A stretch of 64,000 nt of DNA from Pirellula sp. (GTDB lineage: Bacteria; Planctomycetota; Planctomycetia; Pirellulales; Pirellulaceae), in NCBI GenBank assembly GCA_025459355.1, contig JALOQS010000019.1, positions 8,463 to 72,462 of the forward strand. Direction: 5' to 3'. This document shows, piece by piece, positions 8,367-18,208 of the stretch (position 1 is the first letter of the stretch; every line of letters begins with the position of its first letter). Under the pieces are notes generated by a model that was given only the letters and a program-made list of their open reading frames with translations, ran no database searches and was not told the origin of the DNA. The translations under genes and the position numbers were made by a program.

Positions 8367-10097
8367 TTAAGCCAAATCTCTTTCTTCGAACAATAGCAAG
8401 CCCAGGAGAGTCGCACCAACACCATAGATAGCAGTGTAAATAAACACACTCGCAATCACGGTCCATGGTATGGTTACTTCAGCGTCGATGGCCGCTTCCA
8501 TGGAGAACAGATTCAAATTCGGAACAACTGCAGAAACGAGTTGCGAGAAGAATTCAACCAGCGGAAGTCCGCCAGCAGCCGATTCCATGATGACTGGGGT
8601 CAAGTGACCGAGCACATAAAGCGATGCACATATCGCCAGATTGGTAAGCAATGCAACACGGGTTCCAATAGCCACGGAGATCGCGCCGATGATGAGGCAT
8701 TCGAGAAATGCCAATCCGAGACCGGGGACTGTTTGGAGCATTTCAAAATGGCAGATTTGCCAGATCGGAATTTCCTTGGAGTTTTCGCGAGCTTCGTAAA
8801 TTGGCTTAAATGCGACACAGAATAGTTCGATGGACCCCAGAACTAGGAACATGAACATAATCAGCCAGCCGATACCGAGGATCTTGCCAATGATAAAGGA
8901 GCGTCGGTGAATCGGTTTGCTTAACAACGTTAGAGCGGTACGACCTTCGATTTCTTCGCTGACCGAAGTACTAGCAGACCAAACCGCTTGAAATATCGAC
9001 ACCACCAAAATGAGAATGATACCGCAGTCCTTGAGGAGTTTGATATCTTCGCCAAAGGTATGGAACGGCATGAACACGAATAGCAAAATCGCTAGCGCGA
9101 CCATCGTGATCAGAATCTTGGGCAGTGGCTGTGAAAGTTCGCTTTTCGCAGTTGATAGAGCGATGGCGGCAATTTTAGGAGCGGCACCTTGCATCAAGAA
9201 GAATGCCAATCCGAACAAGAACACGAACAACGCAAAGAGGATAATCGTAAACGCTTCTTGAACGGGTGGGACCGTCTTAATCGTGATTTTCAGTTCGGCC
9301 GCGTCCACCTCTTCGTTCTGAGCAAAAACCTCGGCATCGGGGGCCAGGGGCAACGGCGACTTGGCAGGCCCCATAATCCGCTCCCAGTAGCGAGGGGAGT
9401 CCGGTTCGATCGTGACGGTTGAAAACTTTAGTTGGTCGATTTCGGATGCGTCCCCGATGATCACTCGTCGGTTCGACTCAATTTGAACTCTGTCGATGGT
9501 GTCGGCCGAGTAGCTCAGATCGAGCTTAACAAATTTGCGATCTTCGTCGGAGGCTGCGCCTGGTAGAGGGAACGTTTCGGTTCGCGTCGAGGCTTTAAAA
9601 AGTTGCGGTATGCTCGCAAACGCGTCCATCGGGCGGTCAAAAAGGGGCGTTGCGGCAATCCCTATCACAGCCACGGCACCCAGAACGGTGAGCATTGCGC
9701 CGCCGACCCCTTCAAACAGCAGAGCCTTAAGTTCGCCAAAGAATCGGTCAGTCGTGCAGAAAAGCGTCGCCCAAACGAAAATTCCGACCATGCAAGTGAT
9801 GGCGACCGAAACCATTCCGAGTTCACCAGCCACCTCACTGCCAGCACCAATAAACAAATAGCCGCTGATCCCTCCACCGATTAAGACCGTCAATCCGAGG
9901 GCGATCCAGTGCAAAACACCATTCTTGCGCAGTGGCTCAAGTCCCCGAAAGGCTCCCTTCAGCAAGAAGCAAATCCCAAGGAATGCTATTAGCAGGGCTA
10001 ATCCACCTGCAACACCGACACCGACGAACCACATTGGGGTCAGCCATTTAGCCATCCAAAAATCAGAGGCAGCCAGGATTGGGTTGAAGAGTTCCAT
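8367..10097 (-). CDS. ABC-2 type transporter permease with extra N-terminal TM helices and a soluble domain
   Basis: SEEIEGRTALTLLSKPIHRRSFIIGK and terminal LFEERDLA motifs; many TM segments; likely start is ATG 10097 (MELF). Confidence 0.8.
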   Translation of the reverse strand: MELFNPILAASDFWMAKWLTPMWFVGVGVAGGLALLIAFLGICFLLKGAFRGLEPLRKNGVLHWIALGLTVLIGGGISGYLFIGAGSEVAGELGMVSVAITCMVGIFVWATLFCTTDRFFGELKALLFEGVGGAMLTVLGAVAVIGIAATPLFDRPMDAFASIPQLFKASTRTETFPLPGAASDEDRKFVKLDLSYSADTIDRVQIESNRRVIIGDASEIDQLKFSTVTIEPDSPRYWERIMGPAKSPLPLAPDAEVFAQNEEVDAAELKITIKTVPPVQEAFTIILFALFVFLFGLAFFLMQGAAPKIAAIALSTAKSELSQPLPKILITMVALAILLFVFMPFHTFGEDIKLLKDCGIILILVVSIFQAVWSASTSVSEEIEGRTALTLLSKPIHRRSFIIGKILGIGWLIMFMFLVLGSIELFCVAFKPIYEARENSKEIPIWQICHFEMLQTVPGLGLAFLECLIIGAISVAIGTRVALLTNLAICASLYVLGHLTPVIMESAAGGLPLVEFFSQLVSAVVPNLNLFSMEAAIDAEVTIPWTVIASVFIYTAIYGVGATLLGLLLFEERDLA

Positions 10098-10307
10098 GGA
10101 GTATTTCGAGGAGGAGCAAATGGGGGGATGACGGTAAACTCGTGCAAGTACGGTGCTCAGCATAACCGGGTTCGCAGAAACGCCAAGAGATTCTTCTATT
10201 CTTAGCGGCGGCGGTTTTTGGCGGGGGTGATGCAACCGATGGCAGCCCTATAACCGGAACCCTGTTTTGGGGACGAAGCGTTGCGGCTGGTCGTTTTGAT
10301 TGGGGGC

Positions 10308-10337
10308 GACCCTAGGCGTAAGGTGACCCTAGGCGTA
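10308..10337. repeat. 13-bp direct repeat GACCCTAGGCGTA x2 in a divergent intergenic region
   Basis: Copies at 10308-10320 and 10325-10337; TACAAT at 10356-10361 downstream. Confidence 0.6.
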
Positions 10338-10417
10338 TTTGGTCTTCAACTGGTGTACAATCGGGTCGAAAGTGCTCCCATTCCACGTCTCGGTCCCCAG
10401 CCAGGTCCTCTCCAGTC

Positions 10418-11806
10418 ATGAGTTTTGTTGTTTCTTTATCGGGCGTTTTTGCATTCCGATTTAAGTTGCTTAGCGAATCGTCGATCGCGGTGTTGTTGGC
10501 AGCAGTGTTATTGATGGGTGTTTTTTCGCGGGGCGATGTCGCTCGGGCACAGGAGTCTGAGGGGAGGGAGCACCAGTGGGGATGGACCGCGCGAGAAGTG
10601 GAGAGTGCAGGTCCTTTTTTTTGGCCCCAGTATCGTGGCTCTAACGGTGATGGTCATGCAGCCAAGGCATCGAATCCACCGATTGAGTGGGGCGAAGATA
10701 AAAATTTGGTTTGGAAGTTGAAACTCGACGGTCGTGCATGGTCGTCGCCAGTGGTTTATGGAGACCGAATTTTTTTGACGAATGCTTCGGAAGATGGGCT
10801 GAGCATGTCAGCCATGTGCATTGATAGGAAGCGTGGCGAAAAGGTATGGGACAAGCTGGTCTTCACCAACTCCGTCACGCAGAAAGATTTTCATGCCTTC
10901 AACTCGTATGCCTCGCCAACGCCGATCGTCGATGCTCGCCATTTGTTCGTAACATTTGGCGCCTATGGAACTGCGTGTTTGGATATTGAATCTGGCGAGA
11001 CGATTTGGGAACGGCGAGATTTGGAGTGTAATCATTATCGGGGAGCCGGGTCATCACCGATTTTCTTTAGGGACTTGCTGATCTATCACATGGATGGGTT
11101 TGATTATCAGTATGTCATCGCGTTGAAACGGAGTAGTGGCGAGACCGTTTGGCGCGTCGATCGGTCGCATGATTACGGAACGGACAATGGTGATTTTAAA
11201 AAGGCTTATGGAACACCTCAAATCATTGAAGTAAGCCGAGATGGGCAAAGAGAATTACAGTTATTGAGTCCTGCGGCAAAGGCCATGTACGCTTACGATC
11301 CTGGCACAGGTCGGGAATTGTGGCGAGTTCGGCATGAAGAACATTCCGCAGCTCTCCGACCGTTGTTTGATGGCAAATTAGTGTACTGCAGCACTGGTTT
11401 TAGCAAAGGAAATTTATTAGCCATCGACCCCAGAGGCAACGGAGATGTGACCACGACGCATGTGTTATGGCAAGCATCTCGCGCCATTGGAGCCAAGCCC
11501 TCCCCCATTCTGATTGGCGACAACATCGTTTCCTTAGAGGACAAAGGCTTGTTGACTGCGTTTCGCAAAGAGACCGGCGAGCAAGTTTGGCAACTAAGGC
11601 TGGGGGGCGACTTCAGTAGTTCACCCGTTTACGCTCAGGGGCATCTGTATTGTTTTGACGAAAAGGGTGCGGGGCATGTTGTATCCAGCGATGGCAAATT
11701 GTTGCACACCAATCAGCTGGATAGCGGATGTTTAGCATCGCCAGCGATCGTCGACCATGATTTAATAGTCCGCACACGTGACGCATTGTATTGTTTTCGA
11801 CGTTAA
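10418..11806 (+). CDS. PQQ-like beta-propeller repeat protein (planctomycete-expanded family)
   Basis: WPQYRG.NGDG, WSSPVV, SYASPTP, G.GSSP and ASPAI...LIVRT...LYCF motifs; signal peptide. Confidence 0.9.
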   Translation: MSFVVSLSGVFAFRFKLLSESSIAVLLAAVLLMGVFSRGDVARAQESEGREHQWGWTAREVESAGPFFWPQYRGSNGDGHAAKASNPPIEWGEDKNLVWKLKLDGRAWSSPVVYGDRIFLTNASEDGLSMSAMCIDRKRGEKVWDKLVFTNSVTQKDFHAFNSYASPTPIVDARHLFVTFGAYGTACLDIESGETIWERRDLECNHYRGAGSSPIFFRDLLIYHMDGFDYQYVIALKRSSGETVWRVDRSHDYGTDNGDFKKAYGTPQIIEVSRDGQRELQLLSPAAKAMYAYDPGTGRELWRVRHEEHSAALRPLFDGKLVYCSTGFSKGNLLAIDPRGNGDVTTTHVLWQASRAIGAKPSPILIGDNIVSLEDKGLLTAFRKETGEQVWQLRLGGDFSSSPVYAQGHLYCFDEKGAGHVVSSDGKLLHTNQLDSGCLASPAIVDHDLIVRTRDALYCFRR

Positions 11807-11854
11807 GTGTTGGTTGGCAACATTTCTCACCTCTCCCGAGATTTGGATAAAGAC

Positions 11855-12847
11855 ATGACAAAATTTTTTGCAGCGATCGCAACGGTCTCGTGCTTCGTAG
11901 TGTGGATTGGTTGCAATGCACCAAAGGTTGATACCGCACCGGCTAAAACGATCGAGAGTGGGGCATCGGAGCAGCCGCTTGTTAAGCCCAAGGTTGCGCT
12001 CATCATGAAGTCGCTCGCGAACGAGTTTTTCTCCACGATGGCCCAGGGAGCCAAAACGCACAACGAAGCCAATTCCGATTACGAGTTGATCGTCAACGGA
12101 ATCAAGGATGAGAGAGATTTAGCCAGGCAATCAGAGTTGGTGGACGAAATGGTGGCCGCTGGTTGCCAAGCGATCGTAATTGCTCCGGCGGATTCCAAGG
12201 CGTTGATTCCATCTTTAAGGAAAGCGATTAAGTCTGGTGTTATCGTCGTCAACATTGACAACAAATTGGATGCATCAATTCTCGAATCAGAGGGGATCGC
12301 CATTCCGTTTGTTGGGCCCGACAATCGCCAGGGGGCGAAGATGGTAGCTGAGCAAGTCGTAAGCAAGCTCAAGGCTGGGGATGAAGTTGCCATTTTGGAG
12401 GGGATCACCACGAGTTTTAATGCTCAGCAAAGAAAGGCTGGTTTTGAGGATGCGTTGCGGGCGGGGCAGCTCAAGATTGTTTCCAGCCAATCGGCCCAAT
12501 GGGAGATGAATTTGGCCAATACCATCGCCGCCTCCATGTTATCGGAGTATCCGAACTTGAAAGCGATTCTCGCCTCTAACGATTCCATGGCTCTCGGTGC
12601 CGTGGCAGCGATTAAGAGTGCGGGTAGGAGCGAACAAGTTTTGGTGGTTGGGTTCGATAACATCGAAGCAACGCGGGAAGCGATACGAGCAGGAAAGATG
12701 CTCGCGACGGCGGATCAGCATGGCGATCAGTTAGCGGTTTATGGCATTGAGTTCGCTTTGGCACAGGTAAAAAACCCCGATCGCCGACTGGAAGACAAGC
12801 AAACAGCCGTAGATTTGGTAACCAAAGAGTCTCTTGGGCAGCCTTAG
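11855..12847 (+). CDS. Sugar ABC transporter substrate-binding lipoprotein (RbsB-like)
   Basis: Lipobox-like WIGC, MKSLANEFF, VGPDN..G, NDSMALGA and VGFD; start is ATG 11855. Confidence 0.9.
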   Translation: MTKFFAAIATVSCFVVWIGCNAPKVDTAPAKTIESGASEQPLVKPKVALIMKSLANEFFSTMAQGAKTHNEANSDYELIVNGIKDERDLARQSELVDEMVAAGCQAIVIAPADSKALIPSLRKAIKSGVIVVNIDNKLDASILESEGIAIPFVGPDNRQGAKMVAEQVVSKLKAGDEVAILEGITTSFNAQQRKAGFEDALRAGQLKIVSSQSAQWEMNLANTIAASMLSEYPNLKAILASNDSMALGAVAAIKSAGRSEQVLVVGFDNIEATREAIRAGKMLATADQHGDQLAVYGIEFALAQVKNPDRRLEDKQTAVDLVTKESLGQP

Positions 12848-13162
12848 GTTTCGCAGTCGGAGCCATGTTTGCGTATCGGCGAAAGTTAGAATTCCGCAGA
12901 TGTCAAACCAATCGCGTAGCAGTAAACCTAATTTAACGAATTCAAGGGGAACTTACCGAGGGTTTTAAGGGAAATCCGATAGTGGCTTTAGTTGTTTTTG
13001 GCGGATTTCCTGGGCTCTTTGTTTGATTTAACACGCTATAATGAACGCAGAACAGGTTTTTAGCGTCATTGACTATGTTCCGAGCGGTTCCAAGCGAGCT
13101 GCTTGGTGGGTCTCTCCGGCCAGGGACGTTGCCGAATGCAAAGCCTTACCCCGAATTAAATC

Positions 13163-14239
13163 ATGGACACAAACAAGTTTGACACCAATTTGGAGCGAAT
13201 TACCAAGAGCCCGCTATCGGACACGATTGCGGTTTTGGTGCTTCGTGTCATTTTCATCCTGGTCGCCGGTGGAGTCGGCGCGATTTGGGCGCGATCGGAG
13301 GACTTTGGCTCGTTAGGGGCATTTGGTCCGTACATCGTCTTTAGCGGGGTAATGTTGGTCGCTTTTGGCGTGGTAGCGATGGACATGTTGTTTCCTCGCA
13401 AGCGGATTGATGTCATCTCGGCGGTTTACTTTGGGTTGGTGATTGGGCTCGTATTAACCTATCTGTTAACGATCGCGATGGATCCGTTTTTGCAGAACAG
13501 TTTGACCAAGACGTATTTCACGCTCGGTTTGTTGACGGTGCTTTGCTACGTTTGCATCAGTCTTTTGTTGCAGACGAAAGACGACTTTCGATTTGTTGTT
13601 CCGTATGTTGAGTTTTCTCGCGAGCTCAAGGGGTTAAAGCCGTTGATCTTGGATACGAGTAGTATCATAGATGGCCGATTGGCCGAGCTCGCGGATACCG
13701 GCGTATTGGACAGTCAGCTCGTCATGCCGCGCTTTGTATTGATGGAGTTGCAGAATATTGCAGACAGTTCAGACAAGTTACGTCGGGTTCGAGGTCGTCG
13801 CGGGCTGGACATATTAAACCGACTCAGAAGCAGTCAGAGGCTTGATTTCACGTTGTACGAGCGGGAGCTTACCGAGTTTGCCGGTCAACCAGTCGACATG
13901 AAGCTTGTGCTTTTGGCGAAGCATTTGGGTGGAAAGTTGGTGACGGGAGATTTTAATCTCAACAAGGTCGCGAAGCTTCACAATGTTGAGGTGATCGATT
14001 TGAATCAGGTCGCCAGTGCATTGAGACCGCAGTTTCTACCGGGCGAAGGGTTTCAGATACGCGTTGTCAAGCCTGGTGAGGGGCACGATCAGGGAATTGG
14101 GTATCTCGACGATGGCACCATGGTTGTTGTCGAAGGGGGGCGTGATCGGCTTAATCAAACCATAGGAGTGGTGGTAACCAGCACGCTACAAACGCAGGCT
14201 GGCAGAATGATCTTTACAAAGTGTGATGGACCGAATTGA
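13163..14239 (+). CDS. Membrane PIN/TRAM domain protein (YacL-like)
   Basis: 4 TM helices, LDTSSIIDGR, RGRRGLDIL, TGDFNLNKVA, GYLDDGTMVVVE and TQAGRMIF. Confidence 0.93.
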   Translation: MDTNKFDTNLERITKSPLSDTIAVLVLRVIFILVAGGVGAIWARSEDFGSLGAFGPYIVFSGVMLVAFGVVAMDMLFPRKRIDVISAVYFGLVIGLVLTYLLTIAMDPFLQNSLTKTYFTLGLLTVLCYVCISLLLQTKDDFRFVVPYVEFSRELKGLKPLILDTSSIIDGRLAELADTGVLDSQLVMPRFVLMELQNIADSSDKLRRVRGRRGLDILNRLRSSQRLDFTLYERELTEFAGQPVDMKLVLLAKHLGGKLVTGDFNLNKVAKLHNVEVIDLNQVASALRPQFLPGEGFQIRVVKPGEGHDQGIGYLDDGTMVVVEGGRDRLNQTIGVVVTSTLQTQAGRMIFTKCDGPN

Positions 14240-15009
14240 TGGTTGGTAGGATAGTCATCCCCGCGCGATTAGCGTCCACTCGTCTTCCCGAAAAGCTTTT
14301 GTTGAGTGAGACAGGTATGTCCGTTTTGGAGCATACTTATCGAGCTTGCCAAGCGTCTCAAAAGACCACCGGTACAACTATTGCGGTCGATCATCCCCGG
14401 TTATTCCAGCTCGTGCAGTCCTTTGGGGGGGAGGCGATGATGACCGACCCGAATGCACAGAGCGGGACAGATCGGATCGCTGAGGTAGCCCGAGCGATGC
14501 CGGGCGTCGACATTTTCGTCAATGTCCAAGGGGATGAGCCTGAAATCACCGGTCAAGCCATCGATATGGTTCTGGATCTATTGGCGACATCACCTCAGGC
14601 GTCCGTCGCGACGCTCGCCACACCGATCCGGTCGTCGGCGAATCTCAATGATCCAGCTTGTGTCAAGGTGGTGTTGGGAGCGGAGAAGGAGGCCTTGTAT
14701 TTCAGTCGATCTCCCATCCCGCATCCGCGAGAGTGGTCGGAGAGTTTGCTTGCCGAGAATCCCCCTTTGTTTTTGCAGCATATTGGCATTTACGCCTACC
14801 GGCGTGATTTCTTGTTGGGGCTCGGGGGGTTAAAGCCGAGCAATTTGGAGCGATTAGAGAAGCTGGAGCAGCTACGTTTTCTCCAGAATGGGCATCGGAT
14901 AGTGGTCGGCATCATTGGCGAATCCCACCGGGGGATAGACACGCGGGCCGACTACGACGCCTTTAAGTCCCGTTGGTTCGAAAAATACGGCAGAAATCCA
15001 ACAAACTAG
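14239..15009 (+). CDS. kdsB: 3-deoxy-manno-octulosonate cytidylyltransferase
   Basis: IPARLASTRLPEK, SGTDRIAEV, VNVQGDEP, LYFSRSPIP, HIGIYAY and LEQLRFL; TGATG overlap with the upstream gene. Confidence 0.95.
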   Translation: MVGRIVIPARLASTRLPEKLLLSETGMSVLEHTYRACQASQKTTGTTIAVDHPRLFQLVQSFGGEAMMTDPNAQSGTDRIAEVARAMPGVDIFVNVQGDEPEITGQAIDMVLDLLATSPQASVATLATPIRSSANLNDPACVKVVLGAEKEALYFSRSPIPHPREWSESLLAENPPLFLQHIGIYAYRRDFLLGLGGLKPSNLERLEKLEQLRFLQNGHRIVVGIIGESHRGIDTRADYDAFKSRWFEKYGRNPTN

Positions 15010-15168
15010 TCGCTTGCGCGAGTTGCTGCCCGGGGCAATTGGGAATACGATTTCTGCTTCTTTATTGCAGAGACGGTCCATCTCGACCTGGGTCAGCAAA
15101 TCGTTCACCAATGATCCGGCGTCGCGGCGACTCATCCGATTCCCTCCAACCAATGAATTAACACTCGC

Positions 15169-16623
15169 ATGGCATCAGCAACTCCAATCACAGTCGCATA
15201 CGGCGACGGCATCGGTCCCGAGATCATGGCCGCAACGCTCAAGATTATTCAGGAAGCCGGCGCAAAATTGGATATCCACACCATTGAGATCGGCGAAAAG
15301 CAGTATCTCAAGGGGAACATGGCAGGGATTGAGCCAGAGGCATTTCAAAGTCTTCGAGAGACCAAAGTCTTCTTGAAAGCCCCGATCACGACACCTCAGG
15401 GTGGCGGTTTCAAGTCGCTGAACGTAACCACTCGGAAAGCGTTTGGGCTATACGCTAACGTTCGACCTTGCCTCAGCTATCATCCGTTCGTTGAGACCAA
15501 GCATCCCAAGATGGATGTGGTAATTGTTCGAGAAAACGAAGAGGATTTGTATGCTGGTATCGAGCATCGCCAAACCATTGACGTCATGCAGTGCTTGAAA
15601 CTGATTAGTCGGCCTGGAACCGAAAAGATCGTGCGATACGCCTTCGAGTATGCACGGGCTTATGGTCGCAAAAAGGTGACTTGCTTTACCAAAGACAACA
15701 TTATGAAATTGACCGATGGGCTGTTTCATAAAGTCTTTGACGAAATCGCGGCTGAGTATCCAGACATCGAAAACGAGCATTGGATTGTTGACATTGGTGC
15801 AGCCAAGCTAGCCGACACGCCAGAAGCGTTCGATGTTATCGTCATGCCCAATTTGTACGGAGATATTCTCTCCGACGTAGCCGCACAGATTGCAGGCTCG
15901 GTCGGGTTAGCAGGATCCGCGAATATCGGTGACGCTTGTGCGATGTTCGAAGCGATCCATGGATCGGCACCACGACGCGCAGGTCAAAATCTTGCCAATC
16001 CTTCGGGGTTGTTTTTGGGAGCCGTTCAAATGCTTGTTCACATCGGACAAGCTGGTGTAGCGGAACTCGCTCACAACGCGTGGCTCAAAACCATCGAAGA
16101 TGGTATTCACACCTATGATATTTTCGATGAACGAGTATCCAAGCAAAAGGTAGGCACCAAAGAGTTTGCCGACGCGGTTGTCGCAAGAATTGGCAAGAAG
16201 CCCGAAGTCTTGAAGCAAGTTGATTACTCCAAGGCTTTATCGAAGCCGTTGAATTCCCGTCCACCCTATGTTCGTTCTACGGAAAAACGAGAGATGGTCG
16301 GCGCGGATGTGTTCTGCGAATTCAAAGGCTCACCCGACGACTTGGCTGCTAAGCTGCAACCGCTGGCCGGTGACGGCATGGTGCTCGAAATGTTGAGCAA
16401 TCGCGGCATGAAAGTTTGGCCGGGCGGGTTGGCAGAAACATTCACCGTGGATGTTTATCGTTGCCGATTCCAGTTACCAGAAGGAACGCCGGGCGTTGTT
16501 CCTCACAAAGCGATAACGGCTCTGCTCAATCGAATCACTGATGCCGGTGTTGAGTTTGTTAAGCTCGAAGGGCTTTATAATTTTGACGGCAAGCCTGGTT
16601 TCTCCAGAGGACAAGGTCAGTAG
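15169..16623 (+). CDS. icd: NADP-dependent isocitrate dehydrogenase (long form with C-terminal domain)
   Basis: GDGIGPEI, LKAPITTPQGGG, RENEEDLY, KDNIMK, NLYGDILSD, FEAIHGSAP and a C-terminal SNRGMKVWP domain. Confidence 0.95.
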   Translation: MASATPITVAYGDGIGPEIMAATLKIIQEAGAKLDIHTIEIGEKQYLKGNMAGIEPEAFQSLRETKVFLKAPITTPQGGGFKSLNVTTRKAFGLYANVRPCLSYHPFVETKHPKMDVVIVRENEEDLYAGIEHRQTIDVMQCLKLISRPGTEKIVRYAFEYARAYGRKKVTCFTKDNIMKLTDGLFHKVFDEIAAEYPDIENEHWIVDIGAAKLADTPEAFDVIVMPNLYGDILSDVAAQIAGSVGLAGSANIGDACAMFEAIHGSAPRRAGQNLANPSGLFLGAVQMLVHIGQAGVAELAHNAWLKTIEDGIHTYDIFDERVSKQKVGTKEFADAVVARIGKKPEVLKQVDYSKALSKPLNSRPPYVRSTEKREMVGADVFCEFKGSPDDLAAKLQPLAGDGMVLEMLSNRGMKVWPGGLAETFTVDVYRCRFQLPEGTPGVVPHKAITALLNRITDAGVEFVKLEGLYNFDGKPGFSRGQGQ

Positions 16624-16677
16624 GCCTGTTGGCAAGACGTTGGTTTGTAGCCGCTTCGATCCCCAAGGAGGAGTATC

Positions 16678-17868
16678 GTGGTCAGAGAAAGGAAAATCAC
16701 GGCCGATGATGTAGAGTCTTCATCGGCCAAGGGGCCAAAACCAAACAGCAACAAGCGGCCGAACATGAGCAGGAAATCAGGTCGCGATGATTTAAGTCCT
16801 CCTGATGACGATCAGTTCGATGACGGACCTATCGGTGATTCTTCACTCGATGAGCAGTCTTTTGCAGATCGGCGTTCCGACAGTTCTGCGTCAGGGGCTA
16901 ATCCAATCCTGCCGGGACAGGGTGACGTAGCCGATACGGATGCCGGGTTACGTCCCAAAAGAATTGCGGACATGGTCGGACAGCGCGACATCATGGAGGT
17001 TCTTCAGATTTCGATCGATGCCGCCAAACGCCGAAATGAACAGCTAGGGCATATTCTTTTTGATGGTCCACCGGGGCTGGGTAAGACCACCTTTGCAACA
17101 TGCATCCCGCGCGAGATGGGAGTGAATGTGGAAATGGCTTCGGGGCCTAGTCTCAAAGCCCCCAAAGAACTGATTCCCTATCTCACAAATTTAGAGCGTG
17201 GCTCGGTTCTATTCATCGACGAAATACATCGACTCCCCAAGCAGGTGGAAGAGTTTTTGTACACCGCGATGGAGGACTTTCGCATCGACATTGTCGTCGG
17301 AGAGGGAGTGAATGCCAGAACGCTCAATCTCGCCTTGCAACCGTTTACCTTGATCGGTGCGACGACCCGAGCTGGGATGTTGAGCAGTCCATTGCGAGAT
17401 AGATTCCATATTCGTCAGCATTTAAGCTATTACGAATTGGATGAGCTCGTTGAGATTCTAAGACGAAACGCGAGAAAATTAAACGTCGAGTTGCACCTAG
17501 ATGCGGCCGAAGAAATTGCGAAACGCGCTCGAGGTACCCCTCGAATTGCCAACAATCGATTCTTGTGGGTTAGAGATTATGCCATGAGCAAATCGGATGG
17601 CGTGATAACCCGACCCATCACAGAAAAGGCCCTCAACATGATGGGCATCGATGTGATTGGATTGGACAAACAAGATCGCCGATATCTTCAGACCTTGATC
17701 AACGTCTTCCAAGGTGGGCCGGCTGGTGTTGAAAACATAGCCCATACGATGAGTGTTTCGGCTGATACGCTCGAGGATGAGGTCGAACCATTTCTGCTAA
17801 GGAGTGAACTCATTATTCGAACGCCCCGAGGGCGATGTGCCACACCAAAAGCATTCGCTTTGTTTTAA
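16678..17868 (+). CDS. ruvB: Holliday junction branch migration helicase RuvB with N-terminal extension
   Basis: LRP..MVGQ, GPPGLGKTT, FIDEIHRL, GATTRAG, RGTPRIAN and RTPRGR; AAGGAGG RBS before the GTG start. Confidence 0.96.
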   Translation: MVRERKITADDVESSSAKGPKPNSNKRPNMSRKSGRDDLSPPDDDQFDDGPIGDSSLDEQSFADRRSDSSASGANPILPGQGDVADTDAGLRPKRIADMVGQRDIMEVLQISIDAAKRRNEQLGHILFDGPPGLGKTTFATCIPREMGVNVEMASGPSLKAPKELIPYLTNLERGSVLFIDEIHRLPKQVEEFLYTAMEDFRIDIVVGEGVNARTLNLALQPFTLIGATTRAGMLSSPLRDRFHIRQHLSYYELDELVEILRRNARKLNVELHLDAAEEIAKRARGTPRIANNRFLWVRDYAMSKSDGVITRPITEKALNMMGIDVIGLDKQDRRYLQTLINVFQGGPAGVENIAHTMSVSADTLEDEVEPFLLRSELIIRTPRGRCATPKAFALF

Positions 17869-17975
17869 AAAGCCTGATCGGTCGTCAGTGATGCCACGTT
17901 GCAACCTCGCGACGGGTGAATACGTTCGTTAGCGGCTTTGACTGAGGTTGGTTAGTTGTAGCACGACAAGGAAGC

Positions 17976-18015
17976 AAAAAATAAAGCCAAGCCGTTTTAA
18001 ACGGCTTGGCTTTTT
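17976..18015. terminator. Bidirectional rho-independent terminator
   Basis: AAAGCCAAGCCGTTT-T-AAACGGCTTGGCTTT near-perfect palindrome with T tracts on both strands. Confidence 0.85.
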
Positions 18016-18208
18016 GTATCCTGGCGTCGGGGTGAATGGCAATTCGCCCCGACGCGCAGACTAAAGCTCTATCGTGAAGCACCCATGACGACAGTCGACC
18101 CAGTAACCATCGAGTGGGCTCTATGCTGCTCCAACCCAGGAGGAAGGCCAATCGAGTATTCCCGCAAATCCTCGACCGACGACAGAGCCCGTGATTGGTT
18201 CACACTCA
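17976..18208 (-). ncRNA. Candidate structured non-coding RNA (no family recognised)
   Basis: Nested helices with G-U pairs favouring the minus strand, upstream TTGACA (18241-18236) and a downstream terminator; no convincing ORF. Confidence 0.4.

Noticed and set aside
18100-18200. SRP RNA (GCAGCA and CAGG..GGAAG fragments)
   Set aside because: The SRP domain IV pattern (CAGG-stem-GNRA-stem-AGCAG) is not assembled on either strand.
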